From: Chiloscyllium plagiosum
Taxonomy: Eukaryota
NCBI RefSeq assembly: GCF_004010195.1
Contig: NC_057720.1
Span: 8,614,688 to 8,635,069 of the forward strand
Direction of reading: 5' to 3'
Length of the DNA: 20,382 nt
Shown here: positions 9,473-18,877 of the stretch, piece after piece
Numbering within the stretch: position 1 is the first letter of the stretch
Layout of the letters: each line of letters begins with the position of its first letter
Notes under the pieces: generated by a model
What the model was told of the DNA's origin: nothing
The model's database searches: none
What the model saw: the letters and a program-made list of their open reading frames with translations, nothing else
Translations under genes and position numbers: made by a program

Positions 9473-10745
9473 CAAGAATCTATCTATCTTTGTCTTAAAT
9501 AAACTCACTGACTTGGCCTCCACAGTCTTCTTGGCAATGATTTCCACAGGTTCACAATCTTCCAGCTGAAGAAATTCCTCCTCATCTTAGTTCTAAAGGA
9601 CTGTCTGTTCAGTCCGAAGCAATGCCCTTGAATTCTACTTTCTCCTACAAGTGGAAACATCTCCATGCCCACTCTCTCCTGGCCTCTCAGTATTCTGTTA
9701 GTTTGAAACAGATCTTCCTTCATCCTTCTAAACACCATTGAGTACAGTCCAAGAACCTGCTCCTCATATGACAAGCCCTTCATCCCCAGGATTATTCTTG
9801 TAAACCTCCTCTGGACCCCTTCCAAGGGCAGCACATCTTTCCTTTGATACGGGGCCAAGAACTGCTCACAAAATCCAAATGTGGTCTGACCAGAGTCTTA
9901 TACAGCTTCAGCAGTACATTTCTGCTCTTGTGTTAGAGTCATAGAGTCATAAACAGAGCCTTTGGTCCAACTCGTCCATGCCAACCATATATTCTAACCT
10001 AATCTAGTCCTGCTTGGCAGCACTTCAACCATACCCCTCTAAATCCTTCCTATTCATATAACCATCCAGATACCTTTTAAATGCTGTAATTATACCAGCC
10101 TCCACTACTTCCTCTGACAGCTCAATCCATACCTGCCCCATCCTCTCTGTGAAAAAGTTGCCCCTTAGCCCCCTTTTAAATCTTTCCCCTCTCACCCCAA
10201 ACCTATGTCCTCTAATTCTGCACTTCCCCATCCCAGGGAAAAGACCTTGTCTATTTGCCCTGTCCATGCCCTTATGATTTTATAAACTTCTATAAGGTCA
10301 CCCCTCAGTCTCCAATGCTCCAGTGAAAACAGCCGCAGACTATTCAGCCTCTCCCTATAGCTCAAATTCTCCAACCCTGGCAACATCCTTGTAAATCTTT
10401 TCCGAATCCTTTCAAGTTTCATAACATCCTTCGAATAGGAAGGAGACCAGAATAGCACACAATGTTCCAAAAGTGGCCTAATCAATGTCCTGTGCAGCTG
10501 CAACATGACCTCCCAACTCTTATATTAAATACTCTGACCAATAAAGGAAAGCATATCAAATGCCTTCTTCACTATCCTATCTACCTGCGACTCCACTTTC
10601 AAGGAGCTCTGAACCTGCACTCCAAGGTCTCTTTGTTCAGCAACATTCCATCAAGTGTACAAGTCCTGATCTTGAAATGAATGCTAACATTGCATTTGCT
10701 TCCTACCTGCCTGTGAACCTGAAGAGAATTCTGAACTAGGTCTCC
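9473..10745 (-). mobile_element. CR1-type LINE fragment (outer element; 9473-9933 and ~10666-10745)
   Basis: ORF 9505-9858 (-) KDVLPLEGVQRRFTRIILGMKGLSYEE. The piece at 10666-10745 is collinear with 7430-7530 and resumes where 9930 breaks off. Confidence 0.85.
9934..10665 (-). mobile_element. CR1-type LINE fragment nested in the previous CR1
   Basis: (TAGAGTCA)n antisense tail at 9934. ORF 10192-10506 (-) LIRPLLEHCVLFWSP..RLNSLRLFSLEHWRLRGDLIEVYKI. Same subfamily as 5397-5892. Confidence 0.92.
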
Positions 10746-10753
10746 AGTTCGAA

Positions 10754-10905
10754 TTGAGCCTCTCTGGAGCACTGCAACATACCCAAAACAGGAAGGTTGA
10801 CCAGCGAACCTGGTGGTGTTTTGAAATGGCAGACGACTGGAAGCTCAGGGTCTTTTGTACAGACAAATTAAATATTATTGCACAAAGATTCTCATCTAGT
10901 TCTCT
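10754..10905 (-). pseudogene. Decayed Penelope-like GIY-YIG endonuclease fragment
   Basis: A minus frame not in the ORF track reads KDPELPVVCHFKTPPGSLVNLPVLGMLQCSREAQ, aligning without gaps to NQPNHPVAQHFNSPSPSTKDMQVFGLLHRQTTTK of 20071-20382. Confidence 0.7.
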
Positions 10906-10969
10906 CAATTAATAACCTTTTTGGAATTCTAATAGAAACAGGCATATAGACCAGCAAGCAACAGCATGA

Positions 10970-11140
10970 AAATAGATTACCTGATCATTGTCACATTGCT
11001 GTCAACGTAAGTTTGCAATGTGAAAATTGAGTGCTACGTTTCATGCATTACAAAAGTGATTGAATTTCAAAAGTATTTTGTTGGCTGTTGAGCTCTTTGA
11101 AACATTGTGACTGATGCTACACAAATGCAAGTCTTTTTTT
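10970..11140 (+). mobile_element. 3' tail of old DeuSINE-like SINE / L2-type element
   Basis: GATTACCTGATCATTGTCACATTGCTG..TTCAAAAGTATTTTGTTGGCTG..AAATGCAAGTCTTTTT. Antisense homolog at 14070-14335. Confidence 0.6.
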
Positions 11141-11144
11141 CATT

Positions 11145-11326
11145 CAGGTAATTGGTTCTAACGTGAATTGGAGACACTGTTTCTAGTGGGCAAACTTTTA
11201 AAGCATGTCTTGGTTATAACGTGATTCCAACCCCATTAGTTTAAATAGTGCTGTTATTACACGATTTTCTTACAACACAGGATTGAACAAGAACAGAACC
11301 AGCGCATTACAGCAGAACTGACTGTA
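11145..11326. mobile_element. Tigger/pogo-like MITE, left end degraded
   Basis: Right end revcomp TACAGTCAGTTCTGCTGTAAT matches the TIR of 2006-2213; shared internal CTGTTTCTA and GATTTT blocks. Confidence 0.6.
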
Positions 11327-11652
11327 AGCGCCCAAGTTCATACTTCTGATTGCTCCAAAGAAATTGCAAGTGCCAGGACAGAACAAAGAGTGCCTGTGAC
11401 ATGATCCAATGTCATCACTTGAAAGGTCCATTCAGACAATGAGTGGTTCACTTGAACAGTCAGTGAAGAATGAGAGGTGAGCTTATTGAAACATAAAAGT
11501 TTCTGAGTGGCTTGACAGCTTTGATGCTGACAGGATGTTTCCTCTCATCTAGAATCAAGGAACCTAATCTCAAAATAGGGGATTTTTGACTGAGAATCTG
11601 GATGTCACTTTATTGCCCATCCCTAATTACACAGAGGGCAATTAAGAGTCAA

Positions 11653-11755
11653 GGTTTAGATTAGAGTGGCGCTGGAAAAGCACAGCAGGTCAGGCAGCAT
11701 CCGAGGAGCAGGAAAATCGATGTTTCAGGCAAAAGCCCTTCATCAGGAATAGAGC
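11653..11755 (-). mobile_element. Short Penelope-like terminal-repeat insertion
   Basis: Homologous to 8118-8210. Flanked by perfect 14-bp direct repeat CAATTAAGAGTCAA (11639-11652, 11756-11769). Confidence 0.85.
11715..11750 (-). ncRNA. Minimal type I hammerhead ribozyme motif
   Basis: Minus strand AUUC-CUGAUGA-A-GGGC-UUUU-GCCU-GAAA-C-AUC^GAUU: both core boxes, 4-bp stem II, short stem I, vestigial stem III. Activity not shown. Confidence 0.72.
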
Positions 11756-13294
11756 CAATTAAGAGTCAACCACATTGCTGTGGGCATGGAGTCATACAAA
11801 TGCCAAACCAGGTAAGGAAGACAGATTTCCTTCCTTAAAGGACATTAGTGAACAAGATGGGTTTTTCCCCTTTGACAATGATTTCATGGTCGCCATTAAA
11901 ATCTTATTTCCCCAATTATTATTGAATTCAAACTCCATCATCTTCCACTAGCAGGATTTGAACGTGCGTTCCTGGATTAATACCATTGGGCCATTCCTCA
12001 GGACATGGAGATCTCTCATATAAGATCAAAATGAGGAGGGGTTTCTCATCCCAAGGGGTCATTCATGCGTCGTGTTCTCTTTCCCAGTAAGCAATGGGAA
12101 GCTGATTCGTCATGAAATGCATATTTTGACAGATTTTAGATTGACAAGGGCATCAATAGACCTGGAGGTCAGTTATGGAAATAGAATTAAGGCCACAGTC
12201 AAATCAGGCAAGATCTTACTGAATGATGAAGCAAGATCAAAGAAATAAATGATCTTTAGCCCCTTCCCAGCCTTACCCGAACTGTCACTGACAGGCCTGC
12301 GGACAGCAGGAAACAGTTCAAACCAAAGGCTGAAAGAATCCTGACTGATTCCTTGCTGGTGCTCACTATCTTCCAGCAAGGAAGTAACGTCAGGGAGGAG
12401 AGAAGGGATGTGCAGGAATTGGTGAAAAAAGGAAGCAAAAAAAAAGAGAGGCCACTACAGCCTCTAAGGTTTAATAATAGCAATAATTAAGTTACAGATG
12501 GTTAGTTTTTATTGATGTAATGCATTCAAACAACATGCCAACACTCATTCACACTGTAGTAAATCACAGCTCTCTGGAGTGCCTATTATTCCTAATTTAT
12601 GAACTTGTTTAACATAAAATAAAGTTTCATATACGAGAGGTCGCATTCCACGAACTTGGATCATTGCTTGCATGAATAGCTTATTGAAAAATGTCTGCGT
12701 ATTACTGCTGTACTTTATTTTTAAGTGCCTTAATGCTGTGCTAAATATCTTTTATGGCCATGTATTGAAGGAGTTCTGGCACTCTCTCCCAAATACCCTG
12801 CAGAGGGAATGAATAAGAAGTGGGAAAAAGTATGCAGAAATAGAATGAAAGGGGAAAGAATGAGGGAAATAGAAGGAACTGTTATCTCTTCCACACTTTA
12901 TCGCAGCTTAAACACAACTTAGGCAAATAGAGCACGCACAGCAATGAGGTAAATGATTAGTTAATCTTCTTTTGATACTTTCTGAATTCTATATGGCAAT
13001 TCCTGCTGAAAATACAATAAACCAGCAGCTCGATGAGGCTAGGGTCAGGCTCAGCTGTACACAGGGATATCGAAAATCTGTTTGACATTCCTTTGCACTT
13101 ATTAAAGTCCCTGTACCCTCCAGGTCTCATTCCTCTCAAAGTAATCTTCTGAGCTCACCTTATCTATGCCATTGAATAATTTTATACAACCCCTCGAGGT
13201 GTCGTTTATATTGACTCTACATTACTTGCTTTCTCAGACAACTGTGGCTAGTTAGTCAGTAAAGTGTGTTAATTTGACAGGAGATCATTTGTTT

Positions 13295-13545
13295 TATTTT
13301 TTTTATTCACAGCTGGCAATGCCAGCTTTTAATGCTAATCTGTAATTGCCCTTCAGAAGGTGGTAGTGAGTTGTTTTCTTGAACTGCTGGTGTCTGTGTG
13401 GTGAAGGTATACCCACAGTGCAGCGAGAGAAGGAGTTCCAGGAACACTGGCTCAGTGACAGCGAAGGAACGCTGAGATAGTTTTAAGACAGGAACATATG
13501 TGATCTGGAGGGAAACTTGCAGTCAATGGCATTCTCACGCAGCAG
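13295..13545 (-). mobile_element. 3' end of second LINE family (CR1/L2-group)
   Basis: TAATTGCCCTTCAGAAGGTGGTAGTGAGTTGTTTTCTTGAACTGCTG..GGAGTTCCAGGA..CAGTGACAGCGAAGGAAC is antisense to ~15200-15398. Confidence 0.7.
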
Positions 13546-13607
13546 TGACTAGGATGATGTGAATCAATTCTGGATCAAATGGTTGTCCACTATAGAAGGT
13601 TACAATT

Positions 13608-13910
13608 ACATTCCCTACAGTGTGGAAACAGGCCCTTCGGCCCAAGAAATCCACACCAACCCTCCGAAGAGTAACCCACCCAGACTCATTTCCCCTCTGA
13701 CTATTACACCTGACACTATGGGCAATTTAGCATGGCGAATTCGCCTGACCTGCACATCTTTGGACTGTGGGAGGAAACGGGAGCACCTGGAGGAAACCCA
13801 CACAGACACGGGGAGAATGTGCAAGCTGCACACAGACAGTCGCCCAAGGCTGGAATTGAACCCAGGACCCTGGCGCTGTGGGGCAGCAGTACTAACCACC
13901 GTGCCGTCCC
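13608..13910 (-). mobile_element. HE1-like SINE (CpG-rich, relatively young)
   Basis: Revcomp GGGACGGCACGGTGGTTAGTACTGCTGCCCCACAGCGCCAGGGTCCTGGGTTCAATTCC; full body and tail. Confidence 0.92.
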
Positions 13911-14069
13911 AAAGAACAGGGTCACCTACTTCACCCGTGGTTCTGGTCATAGTGGGAGTCAAACCAATGACTGCAAGGCAACTGGAGCTTAAGTCCAATG
14001 CCTTTGACAGCTCTCCCACCCTAAGGACTCTGGAGTAGGCTAACATATTAAAGAGAGAATTCTATTAAT

Positions 14070-14335
14070 GATGCATTTCATGTTTCCAAGATGTCTCAAA
14101 TGCCTCTCAGCCATTGCAGTACTTCTCAAATGTAGTCACTGTTAAAATACTATAGAATGATGGAATGTTTACAGCACATAAGGCATCTACTTCATTCATC
14201 ATCTACCTGTGGATGCGTATAGGGACATCAGCAATCAGGTTGGGCATAGGAAACTCTGACAATGCAGCAATGTGATAATGGCAGATAATCCATGTCTGTG
14301 ATACTGACTGAGGGACAACTATTAGTCAGGATACT
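14070..14335 (-). mobile_element. 3' part of old DeuSINE-like SINE
   Basis: CAGCCATTGCAGTACTTCTCAAATGTAGTCACTGTT..CAGCAATGTGATAATGGCAGATAATC is antisense to 10970-11140. Confidence 0.55.
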
Positions 14336-14398
14336 AACTGTGGAAATGGGGAAGGTGATAAACCATTAAAGCTGCAAACAGAGCACAGAAAGCAGGGA

Positions 14399-14823
14399 TT
14401 TTTTTTAAAATTCAGTCACAGAATGAGGGCATTCCTGGCCAGGATTTATTGTTCAGAGGGCAGTTAAGAGTCAATCATGTTCCTGTGGGTCTGAAGTCAC
14501 ATGCAAGCCAGACCAGGTAAGGATGACAAGCAGGGGGATGTAAGAACACAGCAAGTCAGGCAGCATCAAGAGGTGGAGAAGCCAATGTTTCAGGTGTAAC
14601 CCTTGTCTCTGGCCAAGTAAGGATGACGTCAGTGAACCAGATGGGGTTTTCTGACAATCAACAATGGATTCAAGGTTCTCATTAGACCTTTAATTCCAGA
14701 TTTTTATTGAATTCAAATTTTACCATCTGCTGTGAGGAGATTCAAGCCCGGGTCTCCAGAACATTACCTGGGGTCCCTGGATTAACAGTCCAGCGATAAT
14801 ACCACCAGGCCATCACCTCCTCC
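14399..14823 (-). mobile_element. SINE family C (best-preserved head)
   Basis: Minus head GGAGGTGATGGCCTGGTGGTATTATCGCTGGACTGTTAATCCAG..CCGGGCTTGAATCTC is tRNA-like. Body as in other copies. Interrupted at 14528-14610. Confidence 0.8.
14528..14610 (-). mobile_element. Short Penelope-like terminal-repeat insertion (truncated within hammerhead)
   Basis: Minus AAGGGTTACACCTGAAACATTG..TGATGCTGCCTGACTTGCTGTGTTCT. 17-bp direct repeats G(A/G)CCA(G/A)GTAAGGATGAC at 14511-14527 and 14611-14627. Confidence 0.72.
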
Positions 14824-14849
14824 AGCCTGTCCCACCAGAGGGTACCTCC

Positions 14850-15398
14850 CTAAAGCCTATCAGTCACTTACAAGATACAAGTCAGGAGAGTGATGGAATA
14901 CATCCCACTTGATTGGATGACTGCAGCTACAACAACACTCAAGAAGTTCAACACTATCCAGGACAAAGCAGCTGGCCTGATTGGCACCACATCCACAAAC
15001 ATCTACTCCCTCCACCACCAATGCTCTTTATTAGCAGTGTGTACCATCTGCAAGACACATTGCAGAAATTCACCAAGGTTCCTCAGACAGCGCCTTCCAA
15101 ACACACAACCACTTCCAAGAGGTCAAGGATAGCAGATATATGGGCACACCACCCCCTGCAAGTTCCCCTACCAGCCGCTCACCATACTAACTTGGAAATA
15201 TATCACAGCTCCTTCAGTGTCACAGGGTCAAAATCCTGGAATTCCCTCCCTAAGGGCATTGTGAGATAATCTTACAGCACGTGGACTGCAGCGGTCCAAG
15301 GAAGCAGCTCAACATCACCTTCTCAAGGGCAATTAGGGATGGGCAAGAAATGCCCACTCAGCCAGCGATGGCCACACCCTGTGAATGAATGAAAAAAA
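14850..15398 (+). mobile_element. LINE 3' fragment, second family (CR1/L2-group RT C-terminus)
   Basis: YKIQVRRVMEYIPLDWMTAATTTLKKFNTIQDKAAGLIG..SLHHQCSLLAVCTICK. Tail (TGAA)n then A-run. Confidence 0.8.
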
Positions 15399-15399
15399 T

Positions 15400-15521
15400 T
15401 GATAGTTATAGAGTCATAGAGTCGTAAAGAAGTACAGCACGGAAACAGAGCCTTCAGTCCAACTCGTCCATGCTGACCAGATATCCCAATCTGATCTAGT
15501 CCCACCTGCCAGCACCTGGCC
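15400..15521 (-). mobile_element. CR1 3' terminus
   Basis: (ATAGAGTC)n antisense tail and CAACTCGTCCATGCTGACCAGATATC; matches 5780-5892 antisense. Confidence 0.85.
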
Positions 15522-15828
15522 TATGTGAAAACAATTATCAGAAAAGCACACCCTCAAAGCTGCATAACAGGTTCTACCAGTTGAACTTTGGCTGTCACCT
15601 TTTCAAGTATCAGGAGTGGGGAGAGGTGAGAAAGCTATGGTCATGTTCAATGTGAATAGTGTGTTAGCACCATTGCTTGGCTGATAGTGGGCAACGATTA
15701 CTTTCAAAGTTCTTCATTTTTATGTCCCTTCATGGACTCATGGTATAAATTAAACATGGAAATGCATAACAGCTTGCTCAGCAACTGTAAAAATATAGAT
15801 TAGTGTTTCCAGGCAGCCCCTCTACCAT

Positions 15829-16148
15829 GGGTGGCACAGTAACTCAGTAGTTAACACTACTGCCTCCCAGCACTGTGGATTGGGGTTCATTTCCAGCCTT
15901 GAGTGACGGTCTGTGTGCAGTTTATACATTCTCTCTGAGTCTGTGTGGGTTTCTACTAAGTGCTTTGGTTCCCTCTCATGGCCCAAAGATGTGCAGATTA
16001 GTTTGATTGGTCATACTATAGTGTGCAGGATGGGTGGATTAGCCATGGTGAAGAGTGGGCTGGGTTTAGGTGGGATTCTCTTTGGAGAGTCAGAACAGAC
16101 ATGATGGGCCAAACAGCTTCTTTCCATGCTGTAGGGGCTGTATGATTC
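15829..16148 (+). mobile_element. HE1-like SINE (diverged)
   Basis: GGGTGGCACAGTAACTCAGTAGTTAACACTACTGCCTC..GGGTTCATTTCC; CCAAAGATGTGCAG; tail TTTCCATGCTGTAGGGGCTGTATGATTC. Confidence 0.85.
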
Positions 16149-16994
16149 TCCCTCCTTTGTGATCCGTAGTCCTTTTTAACCAGAATGGTGAGATCACGCA
16201 CATGCTCCTAATTCCATTATTCAAGCCAATGAAGCAACATCAGATTGCAATTTTTTGGACCATACTGTATTTCAACAAAAAAATGCAATCCTTGTGCAGG
16301 TATCCTGTTCTTCTCGGGAGTTTAATGTGGTGCACAGGAGACAATGCGAAAAAGTAATTAGCCTGGTTCTGGTTCAGGGAATCCAGAGCGTATCATAGTC
16401 TGCTGCGCAAATTAAGGAATGACCTGAATTTCCAAATGCAAATAAGACCAGCTAATTTGTACATTCTTGGCAGACTGCTTCACTTGACTCCTGCTTGTTT
16501 TCCCCAAATCTCATTATTGCAACACGGGAAAGAGCCCAAATGAGCCGAAAAAAATAAGCTTATCTTTCCTCGATGCTTTTTCTGACATCAGGAAGCAAAT
16601 ATAATATGTTTTCATTTGCAGAATTAAAGAAATTCTGAGTAATGCTAGTCCCCGCTATGTAGCAAAGACAAGCTTCAACATCATTTGCATTGGCATGTTA
16701 GCATCCTGGGCTAGAGTATTTATAACAACAGGGCTGAAATTAACCAGAAATTGGTCAACTTTGGTCAGTTTATGGCCACAAATGTGGGTGGGACTGTGAG
16801 GAGAATCTAGAGATTCTGCAGTACGATATGGACAGGTTGAGTGAGCAGAAGGCATGTTATTACCTAAATTATAGAAAGATTGAGTAATGGGGAGGTATAA
16901 CAAGACCTGGGTGTCCTTGTGCAGTCACTCAGTACAAACACAGGTGCAGTAGGCAGTGAAGAAGGCAAATGGTATATTGGTTATCATTGCAAAA

Positions 16995-17180
16995 GTGCTA
17001 CCATATCTTAGCAGAGTCATTAGGGACATTTTAAGCAGCTGCTGGACATGCACATGGACAGCAGTGAATTGAGGGGTGCGTAGGTAAGATTATTTTATTT
17101 TACATTAGGATTAGTCCTCGGCACAACATCATAGGCTGAAGAGCCTGTTTTGTGCTGTACTTTTTTATGTTCTATGTTCT
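16995..17180 (+). mobile_element. Nested CR1 3' terminus
   Basis: GGCACAACATCATAGGCTGAAGAGCCTG..TGTGCTGTAC..(TATGTTC)n, same tail type as 1490-1543. Possible short duplication ATTGCAA/ATAGCAA. Confidence 0.75.
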
Positions 17181-17294
17181 ATAGCAAGGGGATTCAAGTA
17201 CAGGAGCAGGGATGTCCTGCTGCAATTGTACAGAGCCATGGTAAGACCGCACCTGGAGTACTGTGGGCAGTTTTGATCATCCTATCAGAGGAAT

Positions 17295-17633
17295 TGTGGA
17301 ATCATTGAATCCCTACCGTGTGGAAACAGGCCATTCAGCCCAATGAGTCCACACTGATCCTCCAAAAAGCATCTCATCCAGATCCAGCCCCTACACTATC
17401 CTTAGCTCTGTAACACTGCATTTCCCAAGGCTGCACATTCCCTGGACACCAGTGGCAACTTAACATGATCAATCCGTCCAACCCACATATCTTTGGACTG
17501 TGGGAGGGAACTGGGACACCCAGAGGAAAGCCACACAGACACATGGGGGGAACAAACAAACTCCACACTGACAGTCACCTGAGGGTGGAATCGAACCTGG
17601 GTCCCTGGTGCTGTGAGGTAGCAGTGCTAATCA
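17295..17633 (-). mobile_element. HE1-like SINE
   Basis: Revcomp GATTAGCACTGCTACCTCACAGCACCAGGGACCCAGGTTCGATTCC; body and tail present. Confidence 0.88.
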
Positions 17634-18514
17634 CGTACTGACAATGGAGGGAATGTAATGGAACATCGATCCAATCGGTTCCTAGGGTGGCTGGACTGAC
17701 ACGAGAAGAGGTATTGGATTGGTTAGGACTATATTTACTGGAGTTTGGAACAGTGAGGAGGGATGGCCTTGGAACGCGAGAGGACCATAAGTGCAGCAAG
17801 GATGTTCCTAGAACTAAGAATCACAGTTTGAGGATGCAGGGTTAGCCATTTAGGACTGAGATGAAGAGAAATTGCTATACCCAGAGAGTGCAATTCGTTG
17901 GAATAGAAGGTAATCACCCAATTACTGTTGTCATGTTACTAGCCACTGGATTGGAGAATGGGATTGTGGCATGAGCTAATAATGAGATGCGAATGCACGT
18001 TCATGCATGCAAATAAACCAATTGCCAATCATTACTTAGAATCTCGTCTCGCTGTTAAATATTTGGTTGAGAAATTGAACTTCTTTATTAGCAAGAAGTT
18101 CTTCACTGGCCATCTCACATGCTGTTCCCAGTGCTGAGATTCTGCCCATTGACATTCGGTTGAAGGCTGACACAGTGTTCCAGGAGTTAAAACGTTTGAA
18201 GGAACTTTGACCATGGGACTTGTTCTATTGTGGAGGAGTGCTGCTGCGGCCTATCTCATTTCCAGAGGCATTTTCTAACATTGCCATCCCTCCAGGAATG
18301 CCCTGGAGTCTCCAAGAATTATGAATTAATGAGTGCAAGCAAAGAACCAGGAGAAAACACATAGAAGCATTATGAGTAAGTTTCTTTTTTGTCATTTTGT
18401 TGAACACTGTTGTTTAATAATTCTAAGCGACATTTGGGAAAAAGTATTGTGTGGTAGGATTGGGTGACTGGGCAGATTTGGTGACCCTGCCATTCCACCG
18501 CACCTCCCACCACC

Positions 18515-18528
18515 GCGCCCCCTGGTGC
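18515..18528 (-). promoter_or_regulatory. Candidate CTCF binding site
   Basis: Minus strand GCACCAGGGGGCGC vs CTCF core CCACCAGGGGGCGC (13/14), in a small GC/CpG-retaining non-repeat patch. Confidence 0.5.
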
Positions 18529-18649
18529 CTGGGTGCAATTTGGGTAACTGCGCCTGCCTGCCAGCCTACAGGCTTGTAAAAGAGATGAAGATATATGAGA
18601 GCAGTTCTCCACCAGGAAAAGAGTGTTCATTCAGCTTACTTAGAGAGAT

Positions 18650-18716
18650 CGAAGGCTATCCAGCCCTTCGAGCTTGGTCCACCATTCCAGCACGATCATG
18701 GCTGATCATCCAACTC
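18650..18716 (-). mobile_element. CR1 3' terminus remnant
   Basis: CAGCCCTTCGAGCTTGGTCCACCATTCC..GATCATGGCTGAT is antisense to 19324-19365. Confidence 0.6.
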
Positions 18717-18717
18717 C

Positions 18718-18845
18718 GTCTCCCCTTCCTAAAGGCATCGTGGGTCAACCCACAGCACATGGACTGCAGTGGTTCAAGAAGGCAGCTCACCCCCACTAGG
18801 GACAACTAGGGACAAATGCTGGCCCAGCCAGTGATACCCACATTC
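18718..18845 (+). mobile_element. 3' end of second LINE family
   Basis: CAGCACATGGACTGCAGTGGTTCAAGAAGGCAGCTCA..CAGCCAGTGATACCCACA matches 15243-15380. Confidence 0.75.
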
Positions 18846-18877
18846 CTGATGAAGAGCTTATGCTTGAAACATTGACT
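18842..18877 (+). ncRNA. Minimal hammerhead ribozyme motif (Penelope-like repeat remnant)
   Basis: AUUC-CUGAUGA-A-GAGC-UUAU-GCUU-GAAA-C-AUU-GACU followed by TTCCTGCTC as in the 11750 copy. Stem II shows a compensatory G-C to A-U change. Confidence 0.62.

Larger units (their letters stand above)
11593..11998 (-). mobile_element. SINE family C
   Basis: Minus-strand head GAGGAATGGCCCAATGGTATT..GTTCAAATCC (A/B boxes). Tail AATTAGGGATGGGCAATAAA. Interrupted at 11653-11755. Confidence 0.8.
11465..12243 (+). mobile_element. Old CR1 3' fragment split by a SINE
   Basis: RRMRGELIET*K-like segment at 11465-11590 resumes at ~12015 (AAATGAGGAGGGGTTTC..AGATTTTAGATTGACAAGGGCATC..GATCTTACTGAATG). Confidence 0.7.
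16810..17890 (+). mobile_element. Old CR1 fragment hosting two nested insertions
   Basis: LQYDMDRLSE, DLGVLV, AVKKANGIL, YRSRDVLLQLYRAMVRPHLEYCGQF; resumes after the SINE at ~17634. Confidence 0.8.

Noticed and set aside
12960..13020. Minus-strand acceptor TTGTATTTTCAG followed by QELPYRIQKVSKED*
   Set aside because: Short frame, no good donor, unrecognised peptide; compatible with chance.
13559..14046. Overlapping 159-aa and 143-aa ORFs
   Set aside because: Both are translations of an HE1-like SINE; similar peptides recur at every SINE copy.
18171..18210. CACAGTG heptamer (possible V(D)J recombination signal) near octamer motifs
   Set aside because: No ACAAAAACC-like nonamer at 12 or 23 bp spacing and no V/J coding segments seen.
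18032..18407. Protein-like short frames on both strands (e.g. + strand ..AEILPIDIRLKADTVFQELKRLKEL*)
   Set aside because: No recognisable homology or convincing paired splice sites; cannot be supported as CDS.
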